In this document: positions 12,245-24,500 of the stretch, piece by piece
Position numbering within the stretch: position 1 is the first letter of the stretch
Layout: each line of letters opens with the position of its first letter
Origin: Phoronis australis
Lineage: Eukaryota > Animalia > Phoronida
DNA: 64,000 bases
NCBI GenBank assembly: GCA_002633005.1
Contig: NMRA01000053.1
Span: forward strand, 1 to 64,000
Direction of reading: 5' to 3'
Program-made: the position numbers and the translations under genes
The notes under the pieces: generated by a model
The model's database searches: none
Told to the model about the DNA's origin: nothing
What the model saw: only the letters and a program-made list of their open reading frames with translations

Positions 12245-15200
12245 TTAATCTAAATTCTGTTGTGTATGATATTTCCCACCATGTGTCAGCAATACTGTGC
12301 TCTGAGATGAGCCACTGACCACCGATATAACTCTCCTCTATGAAAGTAATAAAAGTTGTCAGTGATCACTTATCCTGTACAATTTTCCACACACTACACA
12401 GTGGTGGATTTAGGGGGGGCCCAAGGGGGCCATGGCCCCTCTAAAATTCTACCAGATACCATTTGGGAGTTCGAGCAAGGGCTCGTCGGGGGTGAATAAA
12501 CAACGCATAGACCCTGAACAAACTGAACAAACCCCGTTTACCATTTTTATTTTGTAGTCAACAGGGCTGCAACCCCGAACATTCGAGGCCTCTGCGTCCC
12601 CACATTTTAGGCTGGGCGCACGCCTCTGCCGAAATTTTGGTTATTCCCGTGCCCTGGCCCCCCTCCCTATCTCAAAATCCTGGATCCGCCCCTACTACAA
12701 TTAGTATATACAACTGAAGCGTTAACCATTACTCAGTGTACTGGAAAGGTATATTTGAGTAAGTAGGGCTTGAAAAAATAATAGTGGAAACTGATAGAGC
12801 AACAATAGAGGGCAGGAGTGGTCATTTTACTTACTCCATATCTGTGAGGAATCTTTGCAGAGTATTCTCTGTCCATTTGTCTCCTGTGCATAGAACGCCT
12901 TTGCCTGAAAGAACCATTTCATACATGGAATAATGTAAAACAAAAAGACAATACAAACATTTTTTAAACTGTTTTCGGTACATAATTTCTTTCTACATAT
13001 ATTTCACTGCATGCAGGAGCTTGGGGTAGCACATTACTTTTTCTGGGTCAACAGTTGTTCTACATTTTAGAGAGTTGCAGTGCACGCTGCCCCATGCAAA
13101 AGAAACAAAAAATGGCACATTTAGCTATGCCCAAAATTTTAGAGTGAATGAGATGATACTTTAAATAAATGCGCATTCAGGAATTTGCCTTACTTTGTAG
13201 CATCCACAGTTCAGTGTTTTTTTTTCAATTTTGCAATTTTGCTGCCCCAAACAAAAAATTCTGAAATTGAATATTTATTCATGTTATGAAACTAACCTAG
13301 CTGCACCAAGACTAGCCCAGGCGAGGTGCAACTCAAATCTATTCATATAAAGACTTGCCCCAGTTAACTGAGCATGTAAATGTTTGTTAGAAAGCACTGC
13401 ACCAGTAATTATTTCCACCAGATTAGGTTTATTGCATTGGAAATACAAAGGGTATGGTCATGACGAATCTATCCCTGCTGAAAATTCAAGCCAAAACCCA
13501 ATTAGAATTGTTAACTGAAGCGCAAGTTTCAATTACCCCATTCCCTGCCAACACAATAGAGAGCCAGCTGGCTGGCCTGCCTCAGTTAAGATGGCATCAT
13601 AAAATTCTCCAACTGAATAGGACTACTTGTGACCTTCTTTTTGACCTGGATTTTCATATGGAGGAACCAGAAACCTGTTATATGGTAGTTACATTGGCTG
13701 AGAACGAATTTTGTAGAAACGTTACATCCCAATAGGNATGAGATGATACTTTAAATAAAATGAGCATTCGGGAATTTGCCTTACTTTGTAGCATCCACAG
13801 TTCAATGTTGTTTTTTTTCAATTTTGCAATTTTGCTGCCCCAAACAAAAATTCTGAAATTGAATACTTATTCATGCTATGAGACTAACCTAGCTGCACCA
13901 AGACTAGCCCAGGCAAGGTGCAACTCAAATCTATTCATATAAAGACTTGCCCCAGTTAACTGAGCATGTAAATGTTTGTTAGAAAGCACTGCACCAGTAA
14001 TTATTTCCACCAGATTAGGTTTATTGCATTGGAAATACAAAGGGTATGGTAATGCACTGTCTGGGGGTAAGGGTGGCAACTTTATCATACAGTGATAGAG
14101 TTGGTATACCATTCCTGTGGCAGTGACCATAGCAGCAATAAAAGCGGTAAAAGGAATTTTAAAGATGCATCCCCCCCTCCTGGCTAGCTGGCAATGTTGA
14201 ATCTTAACCAGTGCTTTGGGGTTTGAAAACAGTTGCTCATCCGATCTTGAATTATTGCCGAATGAGCCAGGAACTGGCAAGTCACAGGCACTGCGTACAT
14301 TCACCATTTTCAATTTCTCAATTTTAGGAATGGTTTTGATATTCAAAAATAGAATCTTAACGGGGTACCAAATATCATGAGACAGATTTTATGAGAGTGA
14401 AAGGCATACTTTCATTGTCATTATTTCAAGCCAACTGAAAACGGCAAAAAGTAGCTCTAAGTGATAGCTTGCTCTTATAATTATTATCAATGCAAACGTA
14501 ACAACTCAAACACAATAATCATGGTTATAACAGTTATTGTGTAAATCAATGAATGCCTTACTGGTCGACTAGCGCTGGGTCACTCAGTGGAGGATTGCCC
14601 ATTACACGCCACCTGGTGTCCAGCTCGTGCTCATAAGTTGACTGTGGCCTACTTTGGTTATCTGTTTCAGGCAACTGATAGTCACGTCTGTGATGAGCAA
14701 TTTTGTTTATTTGAGCCTGTTTGCAATGCAAGGAATAGAGGGATCAGTTGGAGTATGGCAACCTTACAACATGAACTTTAAGACTGATATACATAAGACA
14801 TTACACAAGAAATACAATGGTAGATGTAGTAAGATGCCATGATAAAGCAGGGCTCTCAAACACAATTTTTGAAGGGGAAATGTTTATGGAGATACTAAAA
14901 ACGGCCTGCCCAAGGCGATTTCATGTTGGTTGTGTCTGTAAGAGGCCCCAGACCGGCTCCCGTCCCCATAAATCTGCCCGGTACCACAATAATACAAAGC
15001 TGCAAAATGGTTATTTTCTGGATATCTAGCATACAATATGGTGGACAAGTGGAAGTTTCAGTGACAACTATGATAAACATCCAATAAATTTTGCTTGATT
15101 ACATGGTTTGTGCTGCATATGTGTCATAAAACAAACTTGGATTTTTAGTATTTGTAGCATTCCCAAGGTAGTCAACTTTTGAAAGATTGAAAAGTAATTT

Positions 15201-15401
15201 GGCAAGTATACTTTTGTGCAAAATTATGTAACTAATAATAACAACAACACTAACAATAGTGACAATGATAACAGTAGGCCTTATTGAAATAATGACAGCA
15301 ATCATTCATACCTGGGGGTCATTCTTCATCAGGTAAGCTTTCCGGTCCATGACATACTGTTTTCGCAACCCTTCTCTGTGCTGCTGAAGACCGCTTGCCA
15401 T
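12245..15401 (-). CDS. Uncharacterised small protein (about 135 aa), four coding exons
   Basis: Phase-consistent exons 15401-15312, 14716-14562, 12904-12835 and 12337-12245 with canonical splice sites give MASGLQQHREGLRKQYVMDRKAYLMKNDPQ/AQINKIAHHRRDYQLPETDNQSRPQSTYEHELDTRWRVMGNPPLSDPALVDQ/QRRSMHRRQMDREYSAKIPHRYG/RRVISVVSGSSQSTVLLTHGGKYHTQQNLD*. A probable non-coding first exon ends at 17605 (donor gtaagc). The last exon is the least certain. I do not recognise the family. Confidence 0.6.
12399..12694. mobile_element. MITE, same family as 1663-1815, longer internal region
   Basis: Termini cagtggtggattta and tggatccgcccct, with ctaca on both flanks. Lies in an intron of the small gene. Confidence 0.75.
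13148..14050. repeat. About 310-bp near-identical direct duplication across an N join (13148-13458 vs 13738-14050)
   Basis: The second copy starts immediately after the N at 13737. The copies differ by a few SNPs and indels. Confidence 0.85.
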
Positions 15402-18400
15402 CTCGAAATTTGCTAAGTTGTTCTAAAATGAAACCAATCAATTACTACTGGAACAGTCCAATAATACTGAAGACCAGCGAAACAGTGTAAGATTGGCCTG
15501 CTTAAACCCAGTAGACTACATACCTGAAGACTGCTTGTCATCTTGAAATGTGCAACCTAGTTAATAAAACGAAATCAGTCAATTATGATTGGAACACAGA
15601 AGAGCATGGAAACAGTAAGAGGGGTTGCCCTGCTACCCAGCTGGGGAGGTAGTGCCTTGATAATTTGAGTTCCTCACCATGAGAACAGCATCGCCAGAAT
15701 ACCAAAAGTTAATTTCTGTATCATTCTGCCGAACCAACCGCACACTGCCATCACTGACTAATTTTTTCTCTCTCCCAGTCTCCCAAAACAGCCACGGCAA
15801 GTTTTTCCCTGACATATTTAATTTTGAACATTCTTGTTTTAGTTCATGACATTGATGACACATATATTGAGTGCCAGAATATTGAATGTCTACCTGGTAT
15901 TATAAAACATCATTAGTGACCATAAAACAACCAAAGCATGTAAACGGACACATTATGGTGGACAAGCCTGTGAGATTGTATTTCCCATTTTTCATTTAAG
16001 ATAAATAGCATCAAATAAATGCTTTTGTCATCATCAAGTGCTACACTAAACTTAGTATAAGATAATATTTTGAGAATTCTGAGCATGCATCACAATGTTA
16101 GAAGCTTTGAAAAATGAACAATTTTGGCACAAAATCAATGATCGAGATTTTAACACTAGCAAATAATTTTTTAATCATACTTTTCACCTAAAAAGATGTT
16201 TATATGAATTTACATCAATCATTTTTATGAATTAGTATATGAAATTGTGAATGGTATGATATAACATGAATGGTACTGTTGCTTAAAGAATTCATTAAAA
16301 GACTAGGTATAATTTTTCAAGCAAGTTTTATCACCAACTGTGATAACTGGTTTCTTGATCACTGTGCAATGAAAATGATAAAAAGAGGCTATCCATAAAA
16401 GATGCTACGAGGGATGATCAGTGTCGTCAGCCTGACATGAATTCACATTAATTAAAGTGGATCTAGGTCATCATCTCACCCAGGAACAAAAGTGAATACA
16501 AAGTCAAAGGCTAGGCAGTGATACGTGTGGCTGTGTGTTGACAGAACATTTAAGCTTATATACCAGCTTCAAATTTATTTGTCAAATTCACTGTCAATTT
16601 TTTGTATATCATAGTTATTTTGACGCCAAAACTTATAGCTGAAAATGTAATGGCCCAGACCTATTTCAGAACATCACATCTAGTGTACGTTCTAGACCTG
16701 GGGATCACCACTAACTAAAAAAGAAAACACCAATACAACATTGATTCACCCAAGAGGTCAGTGTCATGTTTTACTTTTGAAAAGCTGCACAAAGGCATGA
16801 TCAATGCATAGTGACTGAGCAAGGTTTGAAATGTCAGTATTTGTTAACCGAGGAACAAAAAAAAACAAATACCACATCATTTTTACTCATCTCAGGTCGA
16901 TTTTGTTAATTGAAAAAAAATCAGCAACTAAAAAATACCAAACCACCTACTCGATTTTCAAAAACCACAGACCAGAACCAACTGTGCTTTTTGGCCTAAT
17001 GTAACAACACTCATGCCTGTCCACTGATCTGTGACTCTTTTCAAATAACTAATTATTTTGTGAGGCAATACAATGTTTTGAGCACAACAGCAACAGTTGA
17101 GTAGCTCAACTGCCATTAACTAATCATTTAACAGTCTGTAGTTAAGCAGTTACAACAGCTCACTGCTGTAGACATATTGATTGATATATATCGATGACCC
17201 ACCATCGGAACTTATGGCACACAGCCACTGATGGGATAACTAAAGCTCAAGTTTCAACGCTATGTCTAGGGCACTAGGTTCTCCCGAGCTCAAAACAAAG
17301 GAACTTTAATGTACTTTTAATATTGAATCAGGAAGACAGAAATACCGTGCGCCCTACTGACCACTGCCTCCCCTCCACCACTGAGCACCGACACTGAGTA
17401 ACGACTGAGTGACGCCAGCAGTCAGCAAGGCACGCTTGTTGACAATAAATTTTATCGCTGTTTGAGTGTTTCATGATTTCGTAGCTTTCAACAAACACTC
17501 ATTGCATTTCACATGCATCTTAGTATAGTCGAACCCATTTTGTTCCATAAAATATGTTTAATATGGCAACGTCAACTCATAAACACGTAGAAAAAGTGGC
17601 TTACCCTTGACTTGAAGAACCTGCTAAGCGCGACTCGGTTGCTTGGATATTTAACCTATGACCTAACAACTTTCCAAACCTCCAAGCTTAAAGAGCGATA
17701 ATGTTAGCAAACAAAAGAACATTTCCAGCGTAAGGTCCTGTGCTCAGGTGTAGGCCATGCGTCGATCGCCGATCCCCAGCCGGGGGAACGGGACTATTTT
17801 TAGTTCAAACGTCAGGAGAGACAATATTTTTAAGAGATACTAGTTGAAATTTAATTTTTCTGACATGAAATATGTTTAATTGGCCTTCTACCATAAAAAT
17901 GACATCTGTCAAAGACTATTAGGACATTTCCTTGAAAGTGGTCTCATTGTTGCATATTCAAATTCTAGTTGATTCAATCAAGGAACCAGTAAGTTTCAAT
18001 TTTCCATTGCTTCAGACGCAGCTCTTCAAGTTGGCTTGCCACAGCGGGTCACGTTTGTATTGAAATTTGTCACATAGACCCTGAGGCCAACTCGCCCTGG
18101 CGGCTGAAACTATCCCACCGTAATACTATGAAGAAACTTTTTTAAGAGAAAGGTTCGGTTTCGAGCAATTTAATAACTAACTGTGGCCATCTTGTGTCTT
18201 TTGTGCAAAACAAAGAAGTAAACACGTGATCTTGTGGACAAATTGTGCATTCTAATGTGACGTTGCAGAAGGTAAATACTTCAAATATCATTTATGTCGG
18301 TGATCCCTTTTCCCAATTCATAGAATCAAAGAGGTGTCAACATAAAACCTAATATTTTAAAAGTGTAACGTTTTGTGTACAGGGCGGGCAACACGCTAAA

Positions 18401-21120
18401 ATTTGACAAAACTCAAAATGTTGTAATTAAAAAGGCGTTTATTTACGCTGGTGTAAGAAAAACCGGTAAAAATGTAATTAAATTACATGTGGCTTTTCGG
18501 TTACCCATGTAAATTTCGCATTTTTACTGGAGGTGCCTCTGTTTAGGCGGCTGAAACGGAAAGCTAATTCGGTGATCCACACCCTTTTTGCAAATGTAGT
18601 ACGCAAAACCATTAAATTTGGGAAAAATCAGCGATAGACTGAAACTGTGTCGAACCCGGCAACCGTGGGGAGTCAGCAGTATACATATTTATTTGATCAG
18701 TAGATGTTGTCAGGGTTCTTGAAGCCCAAAAATGAGAAAGCGTTCGTTGAGCGTGGACTCACTGCCACACGTAAATACCATCAATGCATATTACCGAGTT
18801 TATCAGCGAAATCGTAGTACCTGGAACCCAGCGGTCGCAGTGGCTCTGCTGCTGGAGCTAAATCCCACTATGACATATTTTTTTAGCGTACGGCGTTTTA
18901 ACAGTTAAAGTCACCGGCCTACATTTCAAGGAATGTTTGACAGACAACGGCGAGAATTGGCGGTTTGTAATAAAATCACGAAAACAAAACGAATCTTGTC
19001 AGTTCAAGAAGTCTCTATCTCATCCAACAATGATACCTAACGTGCGTTTTTCGACCCTTTACTTTCAATGGGCTTTAGTTAGTGGCATGTATGCTTAAAC
19101 GTTCTGCGCGCCTGAGCGCAGAATCGGGTTGGTTTTCATCAATGGCATGGATTCGGTTACCCGGGTGTAGCGTTGGTTTGAATTTGAACGTGCAGCGACA
19201 CAGCTACTCATGAGAAGAGGCAGGTGTAAAGATGGGCCAGCGGTGTAGAGATGATCCAGAGCAAGTCGTATATACGCGCACCAACTGGCGAATGGTAAAC
19301 AGCCGGCAGTTTTGGTTTACTGTAAACGCATCGTTTATGCTCGATTGACACAACTAATCAGTCAACGTATTTAAAAGGTAATTATCAAGTTTCGTGGATT
19401 ATTTATAAATATTGCTTATCTTCAATTTTCATTGCTACCCAAAACTTTTTATGGGACAAATGTGCGACTCGTTTGGGAGACTAATGCACGTCAAACCATC
19501 ATGAATTGTATTGATTTCAAGAACGTGCATGCGGCAACTCTTTATGGAGCATGTTCAGAACTTTGTTTTTCGATGCTGTTAGCTGTTTTGAAGATCAACT
19601 ATGTCTCCACATTTTTATTCATCTTGGAGCAACTACTCTGTTACTTCAAAAACATGGAATGAATGCTAGACTTGAAATTTATCAAACATTAATTACATTT
19701 ATTTTATAAATACACATATGGCAAACCGGCCTATTTCAAGACAAGACTTTGTAAACAAATTCATGGTACTCCTTGTCCCTACTCCCAAAATCGGCCAATA
19801 CCAGTTAAAGAGCCAACTAAATCTGTTGAAGTCTAACGGACAGAATTCATCTGGGACAGATAAGAAAAAAGGCACCTTTACTAGCAGAACATTTTAAAAA
19901 TACTGTCAACATCTACTGGTATTCCAGTATAGCATAGGTAAAAAAACAGTGACCCTATCACCTACCACGCACACTGTTTAAACACTAAACAGTCCCTACA
20001 ATACATGAACCAGTACAGTCAAAACACGTTTCAACGAATTTGGTTTCATGACGAGATTTTCAGTTGCAACCGGTTACCTCAAAGCCTTCCGAAAATCTAG
20101 TTGGCACTGCCTACTGAACCTTTCTATTGTATGTGGAGATGTGTAAATTAATGAAGAGGAAATGTAATCAGCAACTCTTGTCTTTCAGATGCCATTCAAA
20201 GTTGTCCTTTCAGTCAATAATTCAAATTTTAAAAAACTGACTTGCCAACTGTGTTAATGACCATGAGTTATTTTCCCAAAACGTAAGGATTAAAGCTTTT
20301 GTAAATTAGACCAGAGTTGTTTAAAACATTATGACCAGATAAGCTCATACTTAAACAAGCCTCACTAACTCTAACAATAGATAAGAACTGGGCATATAAG
20401 GAAATGGAGCCCAAGGCTTTTGAGGTTATGGGGCAACGGGGTAAAAGGGTGACTGAAGAATTTTACTAACATTTCCATAAATCCAAGACCAGAGATCAAT
20501 GAAGCTAAATAAGCCATGGTTTAGCCTGTTCAAAGCAGAGGCCTCACCACATATCCACAGGTGCCTCTCGAAAGCTGTGCTGACAGGGGGAGGGGACAAA
20601 AATTGTGGAGGAGGATGTTCCGCCTGGGTCATTGTAATGGTATTGTGGTTTGTACTGGAACTACACATACCTTATAATGGCACAATTAGTTAAAATGGTT
20701 TATTATACAAGTCTTGCCAAACAGTTCTACGAAATGTGACTCATATGCATGTGGTCTTGTGTATTGCAAAAACATGTTGTAGTACAGTAGTTAGTGAGTC
20801 CCCAATAAAGTTAAGTGTTCGAATAAAGAGGTCTTCTTCACTCCTTTCTCCACCCAACATTAGAGTCACTATCCCATTTTGGGGTCTGAAAACCAAAATT
20901 TTGATCTCAGTGAAAGTCATTGCTTTCCCAGAACAGTATAATCATAGAAAACAAGAAGAGTCAACTCACTTATTTCACCACTTGATTTTTGCAATGCATC
21001 ATTACATTAAATTAAAACAATTGACACCTCCCATTATATGAAACAAGATGACCCAGAGTAGTACTCATATTACAGAAGCAGTGCTCAATACAGCTTTACA
21101 TTGCTTAAAATGTGTATAGT

Positions 21121-21527
21121 CTACCATGTGTCTCTTTTGGACTCATCTGCAGTTTCCTCTCATTCTTGACTTAAGCACCTAACGCCCCCTACCCAGAAGT
21201 ATCAAGATTACCATGTGTCTCTTTTGAACTCATCTGCAGCTTCCTCTTATTCTTGACTTAAGCACCTAACGCCCCCTACCCAGAAGTATCAAGACTACCA
21301 TGTCTCTTTCAACACAAACTGCAGCTTGGTCTTAATACTGACTTGAACACCTAATGGTCCCTTTCCAGTAGAATTTAAGATTACCGTAAATCAGTCAGAC
21401 TCCTTGTAGTTCCAACATATTTACCCAACGTCCCCTAGCTCTCCTAGTCAGTCCTGAAACACCTAACGCCCCCTACACAGAAGCACCAAGACTACCATAC
21501 GTCTCTCTTAAACTCCTTTGCAGCTTC
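21121..21527 (-). repeat. 87-bp tandem repeat in the CCDC14 3'UTR, copied from the stop-codon region
   Basis: Units start near 21121, 21208 and 21295. The motif cacctaacgccccctac.cagaag...caagactaccat also covers the last codons and stop of CCDC14 (21460-21527). Confidence 0.85.
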
Positions 21528-24500
21528 ATGATATTTTGGTCCAGTTCAGCTAACCCGTCTTGAAACACCCTGTCCATTACTGTTGTTGCCATGGAGCTTA
21601 CTGACTTCCCCGTCTCTGACTGACTATCATCTATAGAGCTGAGGCACGTGTCAAGCTCCGAAAACTGAAACGCTTCGCTTTGCTTCTGCTCTGCTGGAGG
21701 CAGGGCATCTTTTTTAGCACTGCTTGACCACGCATTCCTTACAGGTTCCCAAGGTGGCAAGCCCGCCTTGGCAGGAGTTTCTGATAAATCCTCCAGACGA
21801 TTCATGGTAGTGACTTTTTCCACCAGGCCAACCTGATTGCCACTAAGAGATTTTGTCCATTTGTCTTTAAGGTCCACATCAACAGGTTTGCTGACGGAGT
21901 TCACATTTTTATTCTCCATCAATTTGTTTGCTTCAATGGGCCGACTTGCTTTTGGCTGTGTTGGTTTTGCCTTTGGTACTGCAGGATACACTTGATGATG
22001 ACGTTGAAGTGAATCCTTGGTCAACCGACCATCCAAACTAGATGCCAACCATGCCCTTAGGTTGTTGCTTCGTCCCCTCTTGAACTCTTCCCTAAAACAA
22101 AATAAAAGACTGTCCACTGTTTAATGGAGATAGTAAACATTGCCTACACAGCAATGAATTCAGGGTGACAGCATCCAATATATTATGCAAACAGCAAAAT
22201 AAATACGATAAAGCATTATTTGATGCTTTCGTAAAATGAAAAGTAGATTTCACTCGTCCTCCATACTGTGTCCTAAATTGGTGAAATTGTAGTTTCTTTC
22301 AAAGATGAAAGTGATCTTCTCATAATTAATGTCTGCTAATTGGGTAAAACACGGTTTAGTGCCCAATAAAGAAGATTGAATGCCTTGGTTATTTCTCTAG
22401 TACTCACTCTAGTTGCTCCTTTAGTTTCTTGATCTCACTGTCACGCTGGTTCACTGCTAGCTGCAACACATGATTCTCTCCCTGCAGGGATTCTAGCCTC
22501 GTCTCCAGGCTCTTCATCGACGCCCGCTCTATTGTCAGCTGCTCCTGGACGCGACGAGTGTCTGATGTCCACTCCTGGATGGACTTAAGGTGGTGCTTGT
22601 CCTGCAACAGACAAGCGTATGTAACTGTAAACATAGATTACATTGATAGCAAATTAGTCAACAAGTATGCCTATACTTTTCTACATAAGGTCTTGAATGA
22701 CTGAATGAATCAGTCATTACAAACAAAAATCATGATGAAATCAAAGAAATACAGTGAACAGACAACTAAATCATGCTTTAACAACTGAAACTGAAATCTT
22801 CAGAGCCAACAGAGGGCCTTCAGTGGTGATTTCCAATGATTTCTAAGAAACTTGAACTGCACATGCTCTACAGGATGGGATACAACTGTCAGCAACTTTC
22901 ACCATGAAATGCAACATGAGTAAGTTGCTCTACTCGTGAGATCAAACCAATCGATCCTTCCACCACTTAATGAAGTAGCTCTTGGCATAAACAAGAGTAA
23001 CAGGGCTGTAAGCCCATATTCTTGGATATGAATTCCGCTTGTAAACCGCTGCTCCACAGGGGATCAATGAAACGCTTTTAAAATCCAAACAATTGTATAC
23101 ATTTAAATTTTAATAGGAAGGTTAATTTGCCGTATCAAAAAACGTGTCATAGTGTAATTGCAAAGTTGACACTGCATGTAACAGAAACAATACAGCCATC
23201 ATTCATTTGTTTAAACTCAAGGGGCTTGTTTACCGAAGGGACTACTGGCTTTTGCCTTTAGCCAAAAATCTGAAATCTGACTGCGTATAGCCAAAAGTTG
23301 ACATTCTGTCTTTTGCGTTCCTCAAAACATTTCGTCTTCTGTCTAATCAAGCAGACTACATATTTCTGTCTTTTGACTTCGAATTGTAGACAGAATGTCT
23401 TCTAACTTTCTGCTTTAGCCTGTTTTCGTGAAACAGGCAAAGACATCGGTAAATTGATTTTTAGCCGAAAGTAAAAGACAAAAGTCAATAGACTCTTCAA
23501 TAGACAAGCCGCAGACATCACCACCAGCAGAGTGAGCAAACATATATCCCTTGTGCAACTGATCCCACTCAGTCTTTCACACCCTAAGTTCTTAATATCT
23601 CCCTACCTTGTCAGACAGAATGGCCAGTACTTTGTCATTCTCTGTCCTCAGTGCCTTGTTCTCTTCCTCCAGGGTCCTAATGTCCACTTCTTTTTTCCGT
23701 ATGGTCAGTATGTGGTCACTGATCTCCTTCTTCAATGCAGTGTTGGCTGTCTGCAAATGTACCACTGAAAAGGCAAGAGTGATGCGTTTAGCAGAGGGAA
23801 CATTCACAACTCGGTATTGCTATCAAAAAGATAAGTGCATCCTGTAAATGTATGCTGCAGCTGTTGGGGTAGCTGCGCACCAAAACAAGCCGGTGAGATT
23901 AACCAATATGTCTGAAGAGGAAGTCTGGGCTGCAAGCAACTCTGAAGATGAAAAACAAATTCAACATGTGGAGACAAGGGCTATGAGGAGGATAAAGGAA
24001 AGTCATTGCAAGAAGGCCAACAGGAATGCTTTCCTTCAAGGGCAAGCCAATTCTGACGTGCTATGTAATATCAATTCATGAGGGAGACCTACGGTTTGTT
24101 TCTCTTGGGGCAAGCAGGGGCAGGCGTAGCAAGAGTGTAAAGACCAGATTGGTGACAAAGATTCCTTCTGTCAGCGTGTCTCAGATAACCACGTTGGTTA
24201 CTCTGAAAATGAATTTGGTGTCAGCATTTGTGAGTGGCTGTAAACCCAAAAGGGAACTAATATCAGAAAGTTTTTCTTTTTCTCCAGTGTCACATTTGTA
24301 AATGGTCTTTTACTGGATCCAACTCTTTCATTCTAAACACTGTCTCTCTCGGTTACTATATATTATTGATGCCGTTACCAGGTCATGTGTCTCTGCCCAA
24401 CAGTTTTTCAGTACAAGTAATACTCAGTTTGTTACTAATAAATCTCATATATTGCCACATAGTGGTTGTATTAGTAAAGCAGTGTCAATGAGCAAAAAGG

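Noticed and set aside
13148-14050. Apparent tandem duplication
   Set aside because: The second copy begins exactly at an N join and differs by only a few SNPs and indels. This is most likely unmerged haplotype or contig overlap.
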